A stretch of 64,000 nucleotides of DNA from Octopus sinensis (GCF_006345805.1 NC_043001.1:107384001-107448000); one strand, 5' to 3'. Numbered from the stretch's first letter, positions 40,110 through 54,610 are shown. Translations and numbers: made by a program. The notes: a model not told the origin generated them from the letters alone.

Positions 40110-42885
40110 CTGAACATGAATGACAAGAGTAAGGAATATGCCCTAAGTGCATTTTCTGTCTTGTGCTATAACACGTCTCTGTCTGCTCCAACTTATTGCT
40201 CATATTTATACGCAGTTCGAAAAATTCGACCTGTTTTTGTCTCGCTATTTTCAGCCGTCTATTCGCACTGCGTTTTCTATTCATTCTTTATCAGCCGCTT
40301 CATTGATTTTTTGGCCTCTGTAATGAGTTTCAATGTTTTAGTGCTTAAAAGTCTTGCTTTGAAACTCATTAATTGCTTTAATTTGCTACCACTCACTTCT
40401 ACTCTTACTACATTAAGACTGCATCACGCACGAGACAAATGAATTTCAGGTGTTCCTTCAAGTCCCAGGTAACTATACTTACTACATACACGACCAGCAA
40501 GTTTTCTATCTCAAACAGTTGGCTTATATCATTCTTCTTTCCCCGATTAAGTGCGTTTCCTTTTGTCCTGCAGTCTTGAAGATCATATTTTTCAATATGT
40601 TTAGAAATGTCATCATTTGCATACATCTTTTCTACTCTAGACACAAGGCCAAAAATTTGTAGGGAGAGGGCTAGTCAGTTAGATCGATCCCCATTACGTA
40701 ACTGGTACTTAATTTATCGATCCCGTAAAGATGAAAGGCAAAGTTGTCCTCGGCGGAATTTGAACTCAGAACCTAAATACAGAAGAAATACCTATTTCTT
40801 TACTACCCACAAGGAGCTAAACACAGAGGGTACAAACAAGGACAGACAAACGGATTAAGTCGATTACATCGACCCTAGTGCGTAACTGGTACTTATTTAA
40901 TCGACCCCGAAAGGATGAAAGGCAAAGTCGACCTCAGCGGAATTTGAACTCAGAACGTAGCGGACAGGCGAAATGCTTATTTCTTTACTACCCACAAGGG
41001 GCTAAACATAGAGAAGACAAACAAGGACAGACAAACGGATTAAGGCGATTATATCGACCCCAGTGCGTAACTGGTACTTAATTTATCGACCCCGAAAGGA
41101 TGAAAGGCAAAGTCGACCTTGTCCAAATTTGAACTCAGAACGTAGCGGCAGACGAAATACAGACACGCATTTCGCTCGGCGTGCTAACGTTTCTGCCAGT
41201 TCGCTGCTTTATCGCGTCAAGAATAAAGCTACAAGGACGAAATCGTCAGGTTCAATAATTTAGCTCTTATTATAGATTCAGTGTTTTCACTACCGTTTAT
41301 CTTTAAAATATTTTACATTGCACGTTTCGTTTGTTCACAGGGGGAAAACACCAATATGAAACGCATAAATATTTGATAGTAGCGATCTGTATATAATAAA
41401 ATATGTATAATGCCATTGTAAGTGGTCTATTGCTAAATAAAGTCATGCACAACAGAATATTCACCACTCAGAATTTAGTGAGGAAAATTGCTTTTTATTT
41501 TATGTTTGCTGTCTTCCCTCCCCTTTTTCATCTAACCCAGACATCTAATATAAAAACTGCAATTTCTTTTGCCGGGTGGCGGCGACAGAAACGAATTGAA
41601 TTCTATATTATCTGGCCTAGTTTAGGCCTGCCATAGCAATTATTAATTAATGAAGATCATGTAAAAACTAGTCTAATGACTAAACTACAGTAAGTTAAAT
41701 ATCCGGTGGATAACAGCTGTCCCACGCCAAAACTAAGCCGCGCATCTCACGCCATTCAAGCTATATATAATATATCGTCCTTGAATAGAAGACGTATAAC
41801 TCAGATAGTTAAAATGTTGATTATGTGAATTTATATCATGTATATTTACTTAAAGTTTCGCTGAGAAAAAACGTCTAATCAAACAAACTGAAGCATGTGG
41901 CAAATCTATAACACAACTGTTTGTGTGAGGTTAATTTCAAGATATTTCAATGATAAACTATTGCTGCAATTATATACAGTACAACTAAAACATGTAGGCA
42001 TTTGTTGTGTACGAGAAAAGTCAGACTACTTTCTACCATTTAATTTTGCATTAAATATGTATGTTCATCTGCAAGAATATTGTAATACTTGTTCATACCC
42101 AAGACCTTACAATTCTACAAGCCTCACGCCGACATATGAATCTAATATTTGAAACCATCTTTTGCTTTTGATAACCACGCAACCCAAAATGCTTCCGCAC
42201 ATTGTTTTTAGGCAACCCTACTTGCATACTCAAAGCTTCAATACCTACCCCTGTGATACACATCGTAGATTACAAGGACCTACAAGTACCCGTAAATTAT
42301 CTTCCAGGACGCAGTCTGGACAAATCTATATTTGTAGAGAAGACCAACAGTTACCCATACAACACATCTCCATGCTCAGGTATTCAATGTTGTCGAAGGG
42401 AAAGGTAAGGGCTGATGATGCTTGGCATCAGTATTGTCACAGGTGAGATAAGGAACCCCAAATCACAGGAACAACTACCGCAAGTTATTTTGTATTCCGC
42501 TCTAACACTTTTGATAATCCAGTCCTGGATTGGTACCTCCTTATCGATGCCTGAGGAATGAAAGATAAAGCTGAGCTCGGTGGGGTTTATATTCAGAATA
42601 TCTGATGTTCTAAAACTATCAACTATTTCTAAGAGAAAACATTTAGCAAAGTGTGATGCAAACCATTCAGTTATTTGAGAATAAAATATTTATTGATGGA
42701 CCAACAACAAATTAAGTGTTAGGAATTATTTTTATCGTCAGCCATTTTCTGTAATAACTTCTTATGTAGGCACAAAGCCAGAAATTATTGGAGTAGGAAC
42801 ATTCAATTATATCAACTATAGTACTTGACTATACATTAATTTTCGTATTTATTCCGTCTGTACAGGAATTCAAATCTCACCCAAT

Positions 42886-43523
42886 CTTGTGGGTAATAAA
42901 GAAATAGGTATTTCGTCTGTCATTACGTTCTGAGTTCAAATGCCACGCATTAGCAGGGCAAGTAGAAACGATTAAAGCGAGCCTAGAACGCTAGCGAGAG
43001 TGTCATTTTATCAAGTCTGTAGAAATAAAGACAGCGTTTGACCTCAGAAATGGTTGAACTCAAAAAGTTAAGAAACCGTAAGTCAATACCTCAAAGCTTG
43101 GTGTCTGGTACTCAAACAATTCTGCCAGCAGCATCTACCCTCACTAACCAGATAATGTTCTTATTAAAAGAATTTGTTGAGGACGACGGATTAGTGGGAA
43201 CGTTAAAACTTGGAAAAACGTAAATTTAGCCTCAACTTCTTTTAATAAGAACATTATCTGGTTAGTGAGGGTAGATGCTGCTGGCAGAATTGTTTGAATA
43301 CCAGACACCAAGCTTTGAGGTATCGACTTACGGTTTCTTAACTTTTTGAGTTCAACCATTTCTGAGGTCAAACGCTGTCTTTATTTCTACAGACTTGATA
43401 AAATGACACTCTCGCTAGCGTTCTAGGCTTGCTTTAATCGTTTCTACTTGCCCTGCTAATGCTTGACATTTGAACTCAGAACGTAATGACAGACGAAATA
43501 CCTATTTCTTTATTACCCACAAG
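42886..43523. repeat. Near-perfect inverted repeat, arms of about 295 bp, spacer about 47 bp
   Basis: 42886-43182 vs 43230-43523; the ORF track shows nearly the same peptide on both strands (43038+ and 43144-); a few substitutions between arms. Confidence 0.95.
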
Positions 43524-44549
43524 GGGCTAAACACAGAGAGGACAAACAAGGACATACAAACGGATTAAGGCGATTACATCGACCCCAGTGCGTAACTGGT
43601 ACTTATTTAATCGACCCCGAAAGGATGAAAGGAAAAGTCGACCTCGGCGGAATTTGAACTCAGAATGCAACGGCGGACGAAATACGGCTTCGCATTTCAC
43701 CCGGCGTGCTAACGTTTCTGCCAGCTCGCCGCCTTATAGCTTCTAAATAAAAGAAATATTTACATCAATGACCTATGCTTGATTTCGTAATTCGATGGGC
43801 GTTTTACTCAATTAAAGATTTGCTTTTGCAATTGCAGGAGATCAATACTTTTATCAACTCAGACATTAAACTGCTTTTTTTTTCTGCCTTCGCTTTCTCT
43901 CTATTTTTTCTCCTCCATCTCGTTCTGTGTCTATCGATTATCGTATCTCTGATTCTGTCTCCATATTTTCCCCTCTTACACTGTCTCTATGTATGGATCT
44001 ACTCATTTTCTCTCTCTTTCTTTCTTTCCCTCCCCCTCTCTCTCACTGTACACACATAAATATATATAGGCGCAGGAGTGGCTGTGTGGTAAGCAGCCTG
44101 CTTACCAACTACATGGCTCTGGGTTCGGTCCCACTGCGTGGCACATTGGGAAAATGTCTTCTACTATAGCCTCAGGCCGACCAAAGCCTTGTCAGTGGAT
44201 TTGGTAGACGGAAACTGAAGGAAGCCTGTGGTATATATATATTTTGTGTGTGTGTCTGTGTTTTTCCTCCTACCATCAATTGACAACCGATAGAATAAGT
44301 ATTAGGCTTACAAAAATAATTTCTGCGGTTGGTTCGTTCGACTAAAGGCAGCGCTTCAGTATGGCTGCTGTCAAATGACTGAAACAAATAAAAGAAAAAA
44401 AGAGTACACATACACACATATATATGTGGTGGTTGTCTACTCCTTATGCAAAATTTAGCCACTTCTTGTGCCAACACCCTAGATCCATCATGGTGTCTGA
44501 TGTGGCTGATGTATTGAAAAGACATCCACATAGATGGCATATCTAAGAG

Positions 44550-44955
44550 CTATTGTTAAGTTCTGATCTTAGTGGATCTTAAAATATCTTTTGAGGTCTC
44601 CGTTAGACTTGCAGACCTTATGGGATATGCGGCACTGATGGGCATGCACAGATATAAAGGTAGAATAGTTGGTGGAGGTTATGTATATATCCCCATACAA
44701 AACAAAACTTCTCGAAAATCGAATGACCCCAGTGGTCATTCATTAAAAGAATTAAGGGCATGACTGTTCTCGATTATTGGGACCGCCTTAAAGCATTGAA
44801 ACTCTATTCTCTCCAGCGCTGCCGTGAGCGATACATCTTGTGCACGATGTGGAGAATATACCGCCAGCATTTCCCAAACGACTTTAGCATTAACTTTAAA
44901 ATTCATCCAAGGATAGGGCCACGGGCCATACGACCCCTACCCAATTCTGGATCAA
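44550..44955 (+). mobile_element. CR1-like LINE fragment (same family as 20600-21070)
   Basis: LDYWDRLKALKLYSLQRCRERYILCTMW...HPRIGPRAIRPLPNS. Confidence 0.85.
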
Positions 44956-44981
44956 AACTACTGTTACTACTATTACTACAG

Positions 44982-45030
<49 letters not shown>

Positions 45031-46346
45031 AACTACTGCTGCTGTAACCAGTGCGTAACTGGTACTTATTTAATCGACCCCGAAAGGATGAAAGGCAAAG
45101 TCGACCTCGGCGGAATTTGAACTCAGAACGTAGCGGAAGACGAAATACCTATTTCTTTACTACCCACAAGGGGCTAAACACAGAGGGGACAAACAAGGAC
45201 AGACAAACGGATTAAGTCGATTACATCAACCCCAGTGCGTAACTGGTACTTATTTAATTGACCCCGAAAGGATGAAAGGCAAAGTCGACCTCGGCGGAAT
45301 TTGAACTCAGAACGTAACGACAGACGAAATACGGCTTCGCATTTCATCCGGCGTGCTAACGTTTCTGCCAGCTCGCCGCCAACCTGCATATTATCCAAGA
45401 AGTTGGATCTAGGGAAATCGGTAGAGCGTCTCTGAGAAACAGCTTTGTGGCATTTATTTATGCTACTTCATCTTTTCCAAATTCAAACTCCTCCAAAGTC
45501 ACTTTTATCGGCTGTTGATTCAGGGTTCTGGAGTCTCCTAAATATAACAATTGATATAATAACACAGCTATCATAACAGCGTCTGTTCCTCGGAAATACT
45601 TAGATACACTTTACCTCCACTCGAAACACTACCATTCCATTTAATTGTACTTTTCTGATACTATATTGATATCCTGAATATCAAAACATCTGGCAATCAA
45701 GAATTTCAAATTTCAGCAAGGCGTGACTGCTTCAAGGTGCATTCTTTCTTTAGGGTCGAAACTTTAACTATGAAGAAGGGGTTTTAATTTCACCTTGGTT
45801 ATAAATATACCAAGCTCAGAACTTCTCATTCATGACTTCAGCAAAAAACTCAAAACAAGTTTGCATAGTTTTCAACTATTATTGCGTGACGTAGTTGGGT
45901 TTTGCTGGTCACAGCTGTAGTCCGCATCAAATGTTATATTTAGGAGATTCCCGAATTCCAATATAAGATAAAAACTCCGACAATGGCAACTATTTTTAAA
46001 TAAGACTTCTGGCTTTTGCAGCGAGATTTGACGGATATGCGGTCAACGGACGCCGACGACTGAAGAAGCATAGTACGTTGAAATCACGTGATCTTGTAGT
46101 TCCGGCGCCCATGGCAAACGATTGTCATCTGCAGTGATATGTATCTGTGTTTTTATGTAACATGTATCTATATGAGACAGCCACATGAGGTGGATACCGC
46201 ATTATGATGATGCAAACGAAAAAATAGAGATCAAAATATGAGTATATGTATTTTTTTTTATTAATATTTAGCAGAAGCAACAGAGTGACTCAAGGGCTGA
46301 GAGTTTCGTGCGTTGGTACTTATCAGTTTGATATTTATACAATAAT

Positions 46347-46410
<64 letters not shown>

Positions 46411-46448
46411 TGGAGAGATAGATAGAGGTAGATAGATATGGATATCTA

Positions 46449-46493
<45 letters not shown>

Positions 46494-46929
46494 CATATAC
46501 ATGAATATGTGTGTTAGTGTTTATATATACATATATAACTTTATTGATGCTATGTATATATCCAATTCTCTATTTTTCCCTCTCCCTGTCAGCCTACTAT
46601 ATTTTATGTGCGCGCACGCACACACACACACACACATATACATATATATGTGTGTGAGTGTAGTTATATTTGTATATGTATATATAAATATACATAAATA
46701 TATACACAGAAATACACACACACGCACACACACATACACACTCTTGATTGTGCCTGCATCTGCAATTGTTACGTCAATGCATTCATATCTTCAGGATATT
46801 AAAAATTCCTGTCTACATATGGAGTATAAATAATCGTATCTGTCTTGAGTAAATTATGAAAATAATAACCTTTTATCATGGTTGCAAATGACAATAAATC
46901 TTCCAGTCAAGAAATTCAAGAATTAAGGG

Positions 46930-46930
46930 C

Positions 46931-46961
<31 letters not shown>

Positions 46962-47243
46962 TAATAATAATAATAATAATAATAAAAACAGAAACAATTC
47001 CTATCATAGTAGGTGCATTAGGCATGATAAAAAAATATTCAGACAAATACATAACAAAAACACCAGGACTTACAAACACATATAACATACAGAAAATTGC
47101 ACTACTAGGCACTGCACACATCCTACGCAGAACACTTTCCATACAATAACCATCAGATCATCACAACAAATCACAGCACATACCCAAGGCACACAGAGCT
47201 GCGCTCGGTAGTGAAGTGAAATCACGCTATAAAAATAAAACTA

Positions 47244-47300
<57 letters not shown>
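46930..47300 (+). mobile_element. RLE-type LINE 3' end with (TAA)n tail
   Basis: TETIPIIVGALGMIKK...IQKIALLGTAHILRRTLSIQ*, 3' UTR and (TAA)n. Confidence 0.88.
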
Positions 47301-47302
<2 letters not shown>

Positions 47303-47409
47303 ATAAAAAAAGAAAGAATATGTATGATAATCGACATAGCATGCCCCCGGTGAAAATAGGATCAATGTGAAAGAAGAAAAAATAAAAAAAACAACTATGT
47401 CAATTTAAA

Positions 47410-47680
47410 GTGGGAACTACAAAGGTTATGGTCAATGAGGAGAGCAGACTTGATACCAATAGGAATTGGTGCACTTGGAAGTATCAGCACTCAACTACCA
47501 GCATGACTGAAAAAGGTTGGTGCAAGTGTGAAGGTAGAACACCTACAAAAATCAGAATTGCTTGGAACTGCAAGAATTCTTCGCAGGATTCTTGAAGCAT
47601 GTAAACAAGTGTCACCTTAGTCTGCTGGCTGTGGAGAGCTGGCACTTTCATAGCAGCCCAAGATCAATGCCTACTTACAA
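47410..47680 (+). mobile_element. RLE-type LINE 3' end
   Basis: IPIGIGALGSIS..L..LKKVGASVKVEHLQKSELLGTARILRRILEA; same family as 23410-23700. Confidence 0.8.
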
Positions 47681-48909
47681 GGAACTACCTACAATTTTAC
47701 CTCCTCTTCTTACATAAGTTATTGTTTTCCTCAGTGTATTCTGCACAAGAGCATTACGAGTGTTAACGATTACTCTGCTCCCATTTATTTATAATATGGA
47801 TTTTCCATTTCCTAAATCGTCTATTGACAGATTTATACTTTCTTGTGTTTGCTTGACTACAGTTGCGAATTCGATTGGCCGAGAATTGTAATTTTTGTCC
47901 TTTTCAGTGACTGGGTTGACGTTAATGGTGGTAGTGACGGCGATGGTGATTGAATTTTCAGAAGGCGGCGAGCTGGCAGAAACGTTAGCACGCCGGGCGA
48001 AATGCTTAGCAGTATTTCGTCTGCCGCTACGTTCTGAGTTCAAATCCCGCCGAAGTCGACTTTGTCTTTCATCCGTTCGGAGTCGATTAAATAAGTACCA
48101 GTTATGCACTGGCGTCGATACAATCAACTCAATCCGTTTGTCTGTACTTGTTTGTCTCCTCTATGTTTAGCCCCCTGTGGGCAATAAAGAAATAGGTATT
48201 TCGTCTGCCTCTACGTTCTGAGTTCAAATTCCGCCGAGGTCGACTTTGCCTTTCATCCTTTCGGGGTCGATTAAATAAGTACCAGTTACGCACTGGGGTC
48301 GATATAATCGACTTAATCCGATCGTCTGTCCTTGTTTGTCCTCTCTGTGTTTAGCCCCTTGTGGGTAGTAAAGAAATAGGTGGTTGAATTTTCACGTGTT
48401 GTGTGGGAAAAAATTCCTTTCTGTTTTCCTTGATTTTCTTGTTCATTGTTGTTGGTGCTCTGGTTGGCTTTTGTGATGGCGGTGGTGGTTATTGTTTTCA
48501 CTTGATTTTTCTTTTATGTTTTGCCGGTGTTGGTGACTGTGATGAATTTGTTGCTGCTGCTAACACTGTCATTAACTTTGGCTGTTCTGTTGTGCGGATG
48601 AATGGATGTTATTTTCAACGGATAAACTATTCTCGTCTGCCAGCTTTCTTGTTTAAGCAAGCATTGAGGGGCATATGAGCCTAAAAACCTCCACCAAACT
48701 AGCCGGTAAGGGCTACAAGTGGAGAAAAGCTTCCAAGCTCCCTAAGGTCCTGGTCAATTCATTTATGTAACGGTGACAGATGTACAGTATATAGCAAATA
48801 GATAAATACCAACAAAATAACGGGAGTGATGCGTAAAACGTATTGATGATGTTGTAGAAATTTGCCTGAAACTATCTAATGCTGAATAATAATAATAATA
48901 ATGATAATA

Positions 48910-48990
<81 letters not shown>

Positions 48991-48992
<2 letters not shown>

Positions 48993-49292
48993 CCCTGATG
49001 CAGTACCAGGCAGTGGCTCTCATGGCTTCTGATCTTAACTGATTGGAAGTGTTATCATGTACAATGTTTTGTCTTGGTATAAAAGATGGGCTACAGCAGA
49101 TATTCTGCTCAATACCACAGATTTGCTTGTCAGTTGTTTGATGCCCTGATGCAGTACCAGGCAGTGGCTCTCATGGCTTCTGATCTTAACTGATTGGAAG
49201 TGTTATCATGTACAATGTTTTGTCTTGGTATAAAAGATGGGCTACAGCAAATATTCTGCTCAATACCACAGATTTGCTTGTCAGTTGTTTGA
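48991..49292. repeat. 151-bp tandem duplication at a retroposon 3' end
   Basis: tgccctgatgcagtacc...ttgtttga starts at 48991 and again at 49142. Confidence 0.92.
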
Positions 49293-49942
49293 CCTTAACC
49301 AGTTGAGCATGTTCCTTAGTGGCTGACGATATGTGCATCTCTGATCACGAGCAGAAGTGGTGGGGGAGCATCATAGCCATGTGTTGAGAGGGATTCTTTG
49401 GGGTTTGAATAATTCACCTCTGGAAACATGGGTGGTTCTTTCAACATCCTTAAACAACCCTTATTCATGGACCTTTTGAGCGGGATGGGCTACTCAACCT
49501 GAAGAAAATTCTAACTGGGCCCCACCTGCAAGGTCATGTACTGTTTATCTTGATATGAGATCACCATGTCGCGCACATATGGTTGTGATGCATGTGCCTG
49601 GTGTACCCTTATCAGACGGGTAGTCATGATGGGTATATTGGGCTTCGTATATTTTACCCCAGTGTCACTTTGATGGCACGAACTGCTCTCTCACTCAATA
49701 ATAATAATAATATATATATATTATATGGAGGCGCAATGGCCCAGTGGTTAGGGCAGCGGACTTGCGGTCGGAGGATCGCGGTTTCGATTCCCAGACCGGG
49801 CGTTGTGTGTGTTTATTGAGCGAAAACACCTAAAAGCTCCACGAGGCTCCGGCAGGGGATGGTGGTGATCCCTGCTGTACTCTTTCACCACTCTAAAGGC
49901 GGTGCTCCAGCATGGCCGCAGTCAAATGACTGAAACAAGTAC

Positions 49943-49974
<32 letters not shown>

Positions 49975-50029
49975 CATATGTATATATATATACATACACA
50001 TAGGTAGGTAGGTAGGTAGGTAGGTAATT

Positions 50030-51515
50030 ACCAGCTTGCACACGTTGGCAACGACGGACGCCCTAAGGTCCAATGTGGGGATGGATTCCGTGCCTCTCGT
50101 GGCACAAATGACATAATTTTCGGTGTTAGACATCTCCAAAAGGAAAGTAGGGAACAATAAGAATCCATTTTCTTGTTTTCTAAGGCTTAGAAAAAAGGCT
50201 TTTGATAGCATTTCAAGAATTGTTATGTGGAAGGTTCTTCATAATTTTGGATATTCTAATAATTATATCTCTCTGGTTCAAGCAATACCTGACGATATGT
50301 CTGGACGTGCATTCCACGAAAACATGCCAGAAAAAACTCCAATCACTTTCTGACTAAAACAAGAATGCATCTTGACACCTCTATTCTCTTTTTATATGGC
50401 TGCAATGCTTCACGAAGTTCCTCCAGACAATCCAAGAGTTGACATCAGATATCGACATGATGGAGGGCTTTTCAATCTTTGTAGATTTCAGTCTAAACAT
50501 CTAACACACATGCAGAAAATCTCAGAACTTCAATATGCTGGTGACAATACTGCCCCCTGCTATTCAAAAGAACAACTTTGCTATGGTCTACCACCGCTTT
50601 GGGCTTACAGTAAACATCAGGAACACCAAGGTCCTTGCATAACCAGCCCCAAATGCCATCTCACCAGATTTTGATGTTACCATCTCGGATACACCTTTTC
50701 CAGAAAGTAGAACAGTTTCCATATCTTGGCAGCCTTTTATAAAACAAGTGTACATCAGAAAAGGATGTGTAACACAAGTTGGAGCTGCAGACGCGGCATT
50801 TGTAAAGTTAACCAAACGCATCTCCAACAACAAAGATCTTAAATTAAGAACGAAAATTAAGATTTATAATGCTGTTGTCATCTCATTCTTACTATATGGC
50901 CGCGAAACCTGGATTCTATATAGTCGCAACCTCCAAAAGTTAGAACTCTTTGACTAACAAAAGCTTCTTTCAATCTTAAGCACCAAATGGGAACACTATG
51001 TGACCAACAACAAAGTCCTGGAAAGAGCCAACAGTCAAAGTATCGAATCGTGGACCATGAAGAACCGTGTTCGATGGTCAGGATATGTAGCAAAACTGGA
51101 CGAGTCAAGGTTCTTACGCCAAATTTTATTCAGTGAACTCACTTCAGGAAAAAAAAAGACCCCGAGTTGCCCTCGTCGAAGATACAAAGACCAATTCAAA
51201 GCAACAGTGAAAGCGACTGGAATTGGGCCTAAACCGTTTGAAACACAAACCGGAAACCGTACCATGTGGTGTTCCATCAACATCGGAACCCCAAACTTCA
51301 AAGGTACCAGAATAGTAAAAGAAGAAATCGGGCGACAGGTGAGAAAGGCTTGACCAAATCAAGCTTGTCCTGCACCAACATTACCATACAGTCAATGCCA
51401 TCGACTCTTCTATGCAAGAATTGGTCTACAGAGCTCTCAACGGCATCACCATAAAGGAAGCTTTGAGCAAGGAAGAAACTAAATACTCGGATTCGAGATA
51501 AGGCTGATGACGTTA
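50030..51515 (+). mobile_element. Degenerate RTE LINE (RT through C-terminus)
   Basis: KAFDSISR..MWKVL, KQECILTPLFSFY, ELQYAGD, LLYGRETW, RWSGYVAKLDESRFLRQILFSEL..G..PRRRYKDQFK and a decayed terminal zinc finger. Confidence 0.9.
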
Positions 51516-51729
51516 GATTAATGTAAATCTCAGCAGTTTCCTTTTAATGCACATCTGTTTGTTCCATTACTACAATCAATATGTATCCATTATCACTGTT
51601 GTATGTAAATGAAAACACACACAATAAAATTGAGGATTATAGAAATATTAATAGCAGAGTTGTTGTATAAACAAAACAGCAAAATGGAAATGGCTTGGTA
51701 TGATTCCTTCTCCACATTACAAGTGCTTA

Positions 51730-51929
51730 ATTTTGCACCAGGAATCACAAAGATTTACATGCTATATGGCCATGTAAGGGATCTCCTGTTAGAGAAGTCA
51801 TCAGGCAGAGAGAACTTTTTTATGTAAATGTTTTTATCAATCTTTGATAAAATAATTTTTCTGTCTGACGATTTCTCTAATAGGAAATTCCTTACATGAC
51901 TATATAACAGGTAAATCTTTGTGGTTCCT
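51730..51929. mobile_element. MITE-like foldback element
   Basis: Arms of about 70 bp, aggaatcacaaagatttac... / ...gtaaatctttgtggttcct, roughly 80% complementary, AT-rich spacer. Confidence 0.55.
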
Positions 51930-51993
51930 ATTGGAAAATGAAACATATGTAATGGAGAATAGATAATACCGAAACATTTTCCTCTTTTTTATA

Positions 51994-52030
<37 letters not shown>

Positions 52031-52041
52031 CATATACATAT

Positions 52042-52108
<67 letters not shown>

Positions 52109-52223
52109 TATACATGTATGTATATATATACGTATGTATACACACACACGCACACACAGATGTATATATAGCTGCATCAGTTAAATTTACACATACATAT
52201 AGACGAGATTACGTGCACATACA

Positions 52224-52313
<90 letters not shown>

Positions 52314-53629
52314 ATATGCAGTGGCAGACGGGCAAACTGGCAAGCTGGCCTGTCCGCAAGTGGGCCCCTGCGCCATTAGAATCCATATATGTGGGCTCAT
52401 ATGAGTATCTAAGGTGCCCATCTCCTCAAGTTTGAGAATTCTTTTATTCACTCCGGGAAGAATGCATTAATCATTTCAGCCTGGCTGTGTTTGTAGACAG
52501 TTGAAAGAATACTTTTAACAGGAAAAAGAAAAATTAAATAATAGCTTTGTAGTTGCGGGTGGGACCCCCCTTGAAGTTGTGGGTGGGCCCCCTTAGTCTC
52601 CTGGCAACCAATACTTTTAGACCCAGTCCACCATTGATAGGTATGTGTGTATAAATAAACACACCTATATACATATGTATGCATGTATGTATGTGTTTGT
52701 GTTTATGCGTACGTACTCGTATCTATGTAGGTCTAAAACAGTGATGCAACTAAATACCAAAAAGCATATGAGTGGGTATATGTGTATGTGTGTGGTGTGT
52801 GTATGTATGTATGGTGTATGAAAAAGTGTATTTGTACGTGCATATGTATGTTCATGTGCTGTCAGGATGTTTGTACAAACTGCAGCATTATTTAAGTATA
52901 GATAGCAGATGCGATCAAAAGAAAGATTAATGGAAAGTTGGTCAGCTTGAAAATTCAATCGAAGTCGAAGTTTTTTGTTGCCGGAATATGACGTCATTGA
53001 TTATATGAGCGAAGCGTACACCAGGTAACCAACACAAAGTTAAAACGGCTGTTCATTATGCTAGGAAAGTGGACTTTCTGGTTGATATGTTGTCCTACGA
53101 AAGCTCTATTGACATTTAACGAGCAAACGTGTGAGAAGTATATTGATTCTCTCATAGCTGCTATCATAATGTTTGAAACTATTGAATTTTCTATGTCACA
53201 CAAACTACCCTGGACTATCCTATTTCCTAATAAACGAGAATATACACCGTTATTTCATTGAATACAATGTGTGAATGAATAGCACGACTTTTGTAAGCTT
53301 CTGCTAAGGGCGCCTGTATCATTGTGCAGTAGATTTCAGTAGAGAGTCAAGCTATTAGAGTACTGACTAAGTGTATTGTTATTATAGTGCAGATTTCAGC
53401 GGACAGCCAAAATATTAGAGTACAATACTAAATATATTGATTTCAAATTTTGCTACAAGGCCAACAGTTTTGGAGGAGGGGATAAGTCGATTACATCGAC
53501 CCCATTGTTCAACTGGTACTTATTTTATCAACACCGAAAAGATGAAAGGCAAAGTCGATCCCGGTGGCATTTGATATCAGAACGTAAAGTTGGAAGAAAT
53601 TCCGCTAAGTATTTTTCCCGGCGCGATTC

Positions 53630-53900
53630 CCCTTGGTCACCACCTACAAACGGCAATGTACTGCCATTTTGAATATGTCCAGCCTGTCTCAGACAAATTA
53701 TACAGTCGGCTACGTAATGTATGGAGCACCACTAGGGAAAGAATAGCTTACTTTACTGGGCACTGCTGTGTAAAGTAAGAAGGACTTGATTAGTGACGGC
53801 GAAATTGCATTGGTTGCTAGACGTCGATTTTACAGATGACCATACAATGGAAAATATAAGTGGATGAAGAATCAGAGCATTGTGAATCTGTGAAACGTCG
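53630..53900 (+). mobile_element. Old RTE-like LINE fragment
   Basis: MYCHFEYVQPVSDKLYSRL...YFTGHCCVK and ...KRRP resemble the LYGxLPxISxxIxxRRLRFAGHC..RGRP tail of RTE-group ORFs. Confidence 0.45.
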
Positions 53901-54227
53901 ACCCAAGAAGATGATGACTACATTTTCGTTGTTAGACTTACCCCCACTCCACCACCACCACACCACTTGATTAAACATACCCACCTCTCTTATGACTTCT
54001 TTCAGTGCAGATCACTCTGCTACAAGCATTAACGTTAGATTCCGCTCAGAAGACAACTTCCTCTCTCCACCATATCAATATTTCATATGTGTGAGTATGT
54101 GTCAGTATATTTCATATATGCACATACTCGTGAGTACGTGCATATATGAGTTTTAGCATGCATATTTGCATGTATGTATGTATGTATGTATGTAGTATGT
54201 ATGTATGTATGTATGTATGTATGTATG

Positions 54228-54610
54228 TATGCCATCTACGGAGATCCTGAGACAGTGAAATTGGCCAGCATCGAATGCATGATCCTCGAACGTCAGCTGC
54301 GCTGGGTGGGGCGTGTTATCAGGATGCCGGAAAACCATATACCCAAGATTGTCATTTTTGGGCAGTTAGCAGAGGGTAACCGACCGTAAGGAGGTCCAAA
54401 GAAGCGATATAAAGCGATATTAAAGATCTTCTCAAGAAATCCCCAAAGCTCTGCAACATCCCCCCTGGTGGACTTGAAACACTGGCCACAGATTGTTCTA
54501 CCTGGAGGGGTATGGTCAAAACTGGTACGCAGTATTTTGAGGATGAGCGGACTAGAATGTTCCTCAAGTCAAAACATTTACGAGTCCCGTCTTCTAGCGA
54601 AGACATATAT
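54228..54610 (+). mobile_element. RTE LINE 3' fragment
   Basis: SIECMILERQLRWVGRVIRMPENHIPKIVIFGQLAEGNRP*GGPKKRYK. Confidence 0.88.

Noticed and set aside
46021-46137. Possible terminal exon after ttctggcttttgcAG (RFDGYAVNGRRRLKKH...)
   Set aside because: Only 38 codons, no known motif and no upstream partner exon found.
51860-51895. CTGACGA...GGAAA in the foldback element
   Set aside because: GAAA is consumed in the putative stem II, and there is no stem III/UH or stem I pairing.
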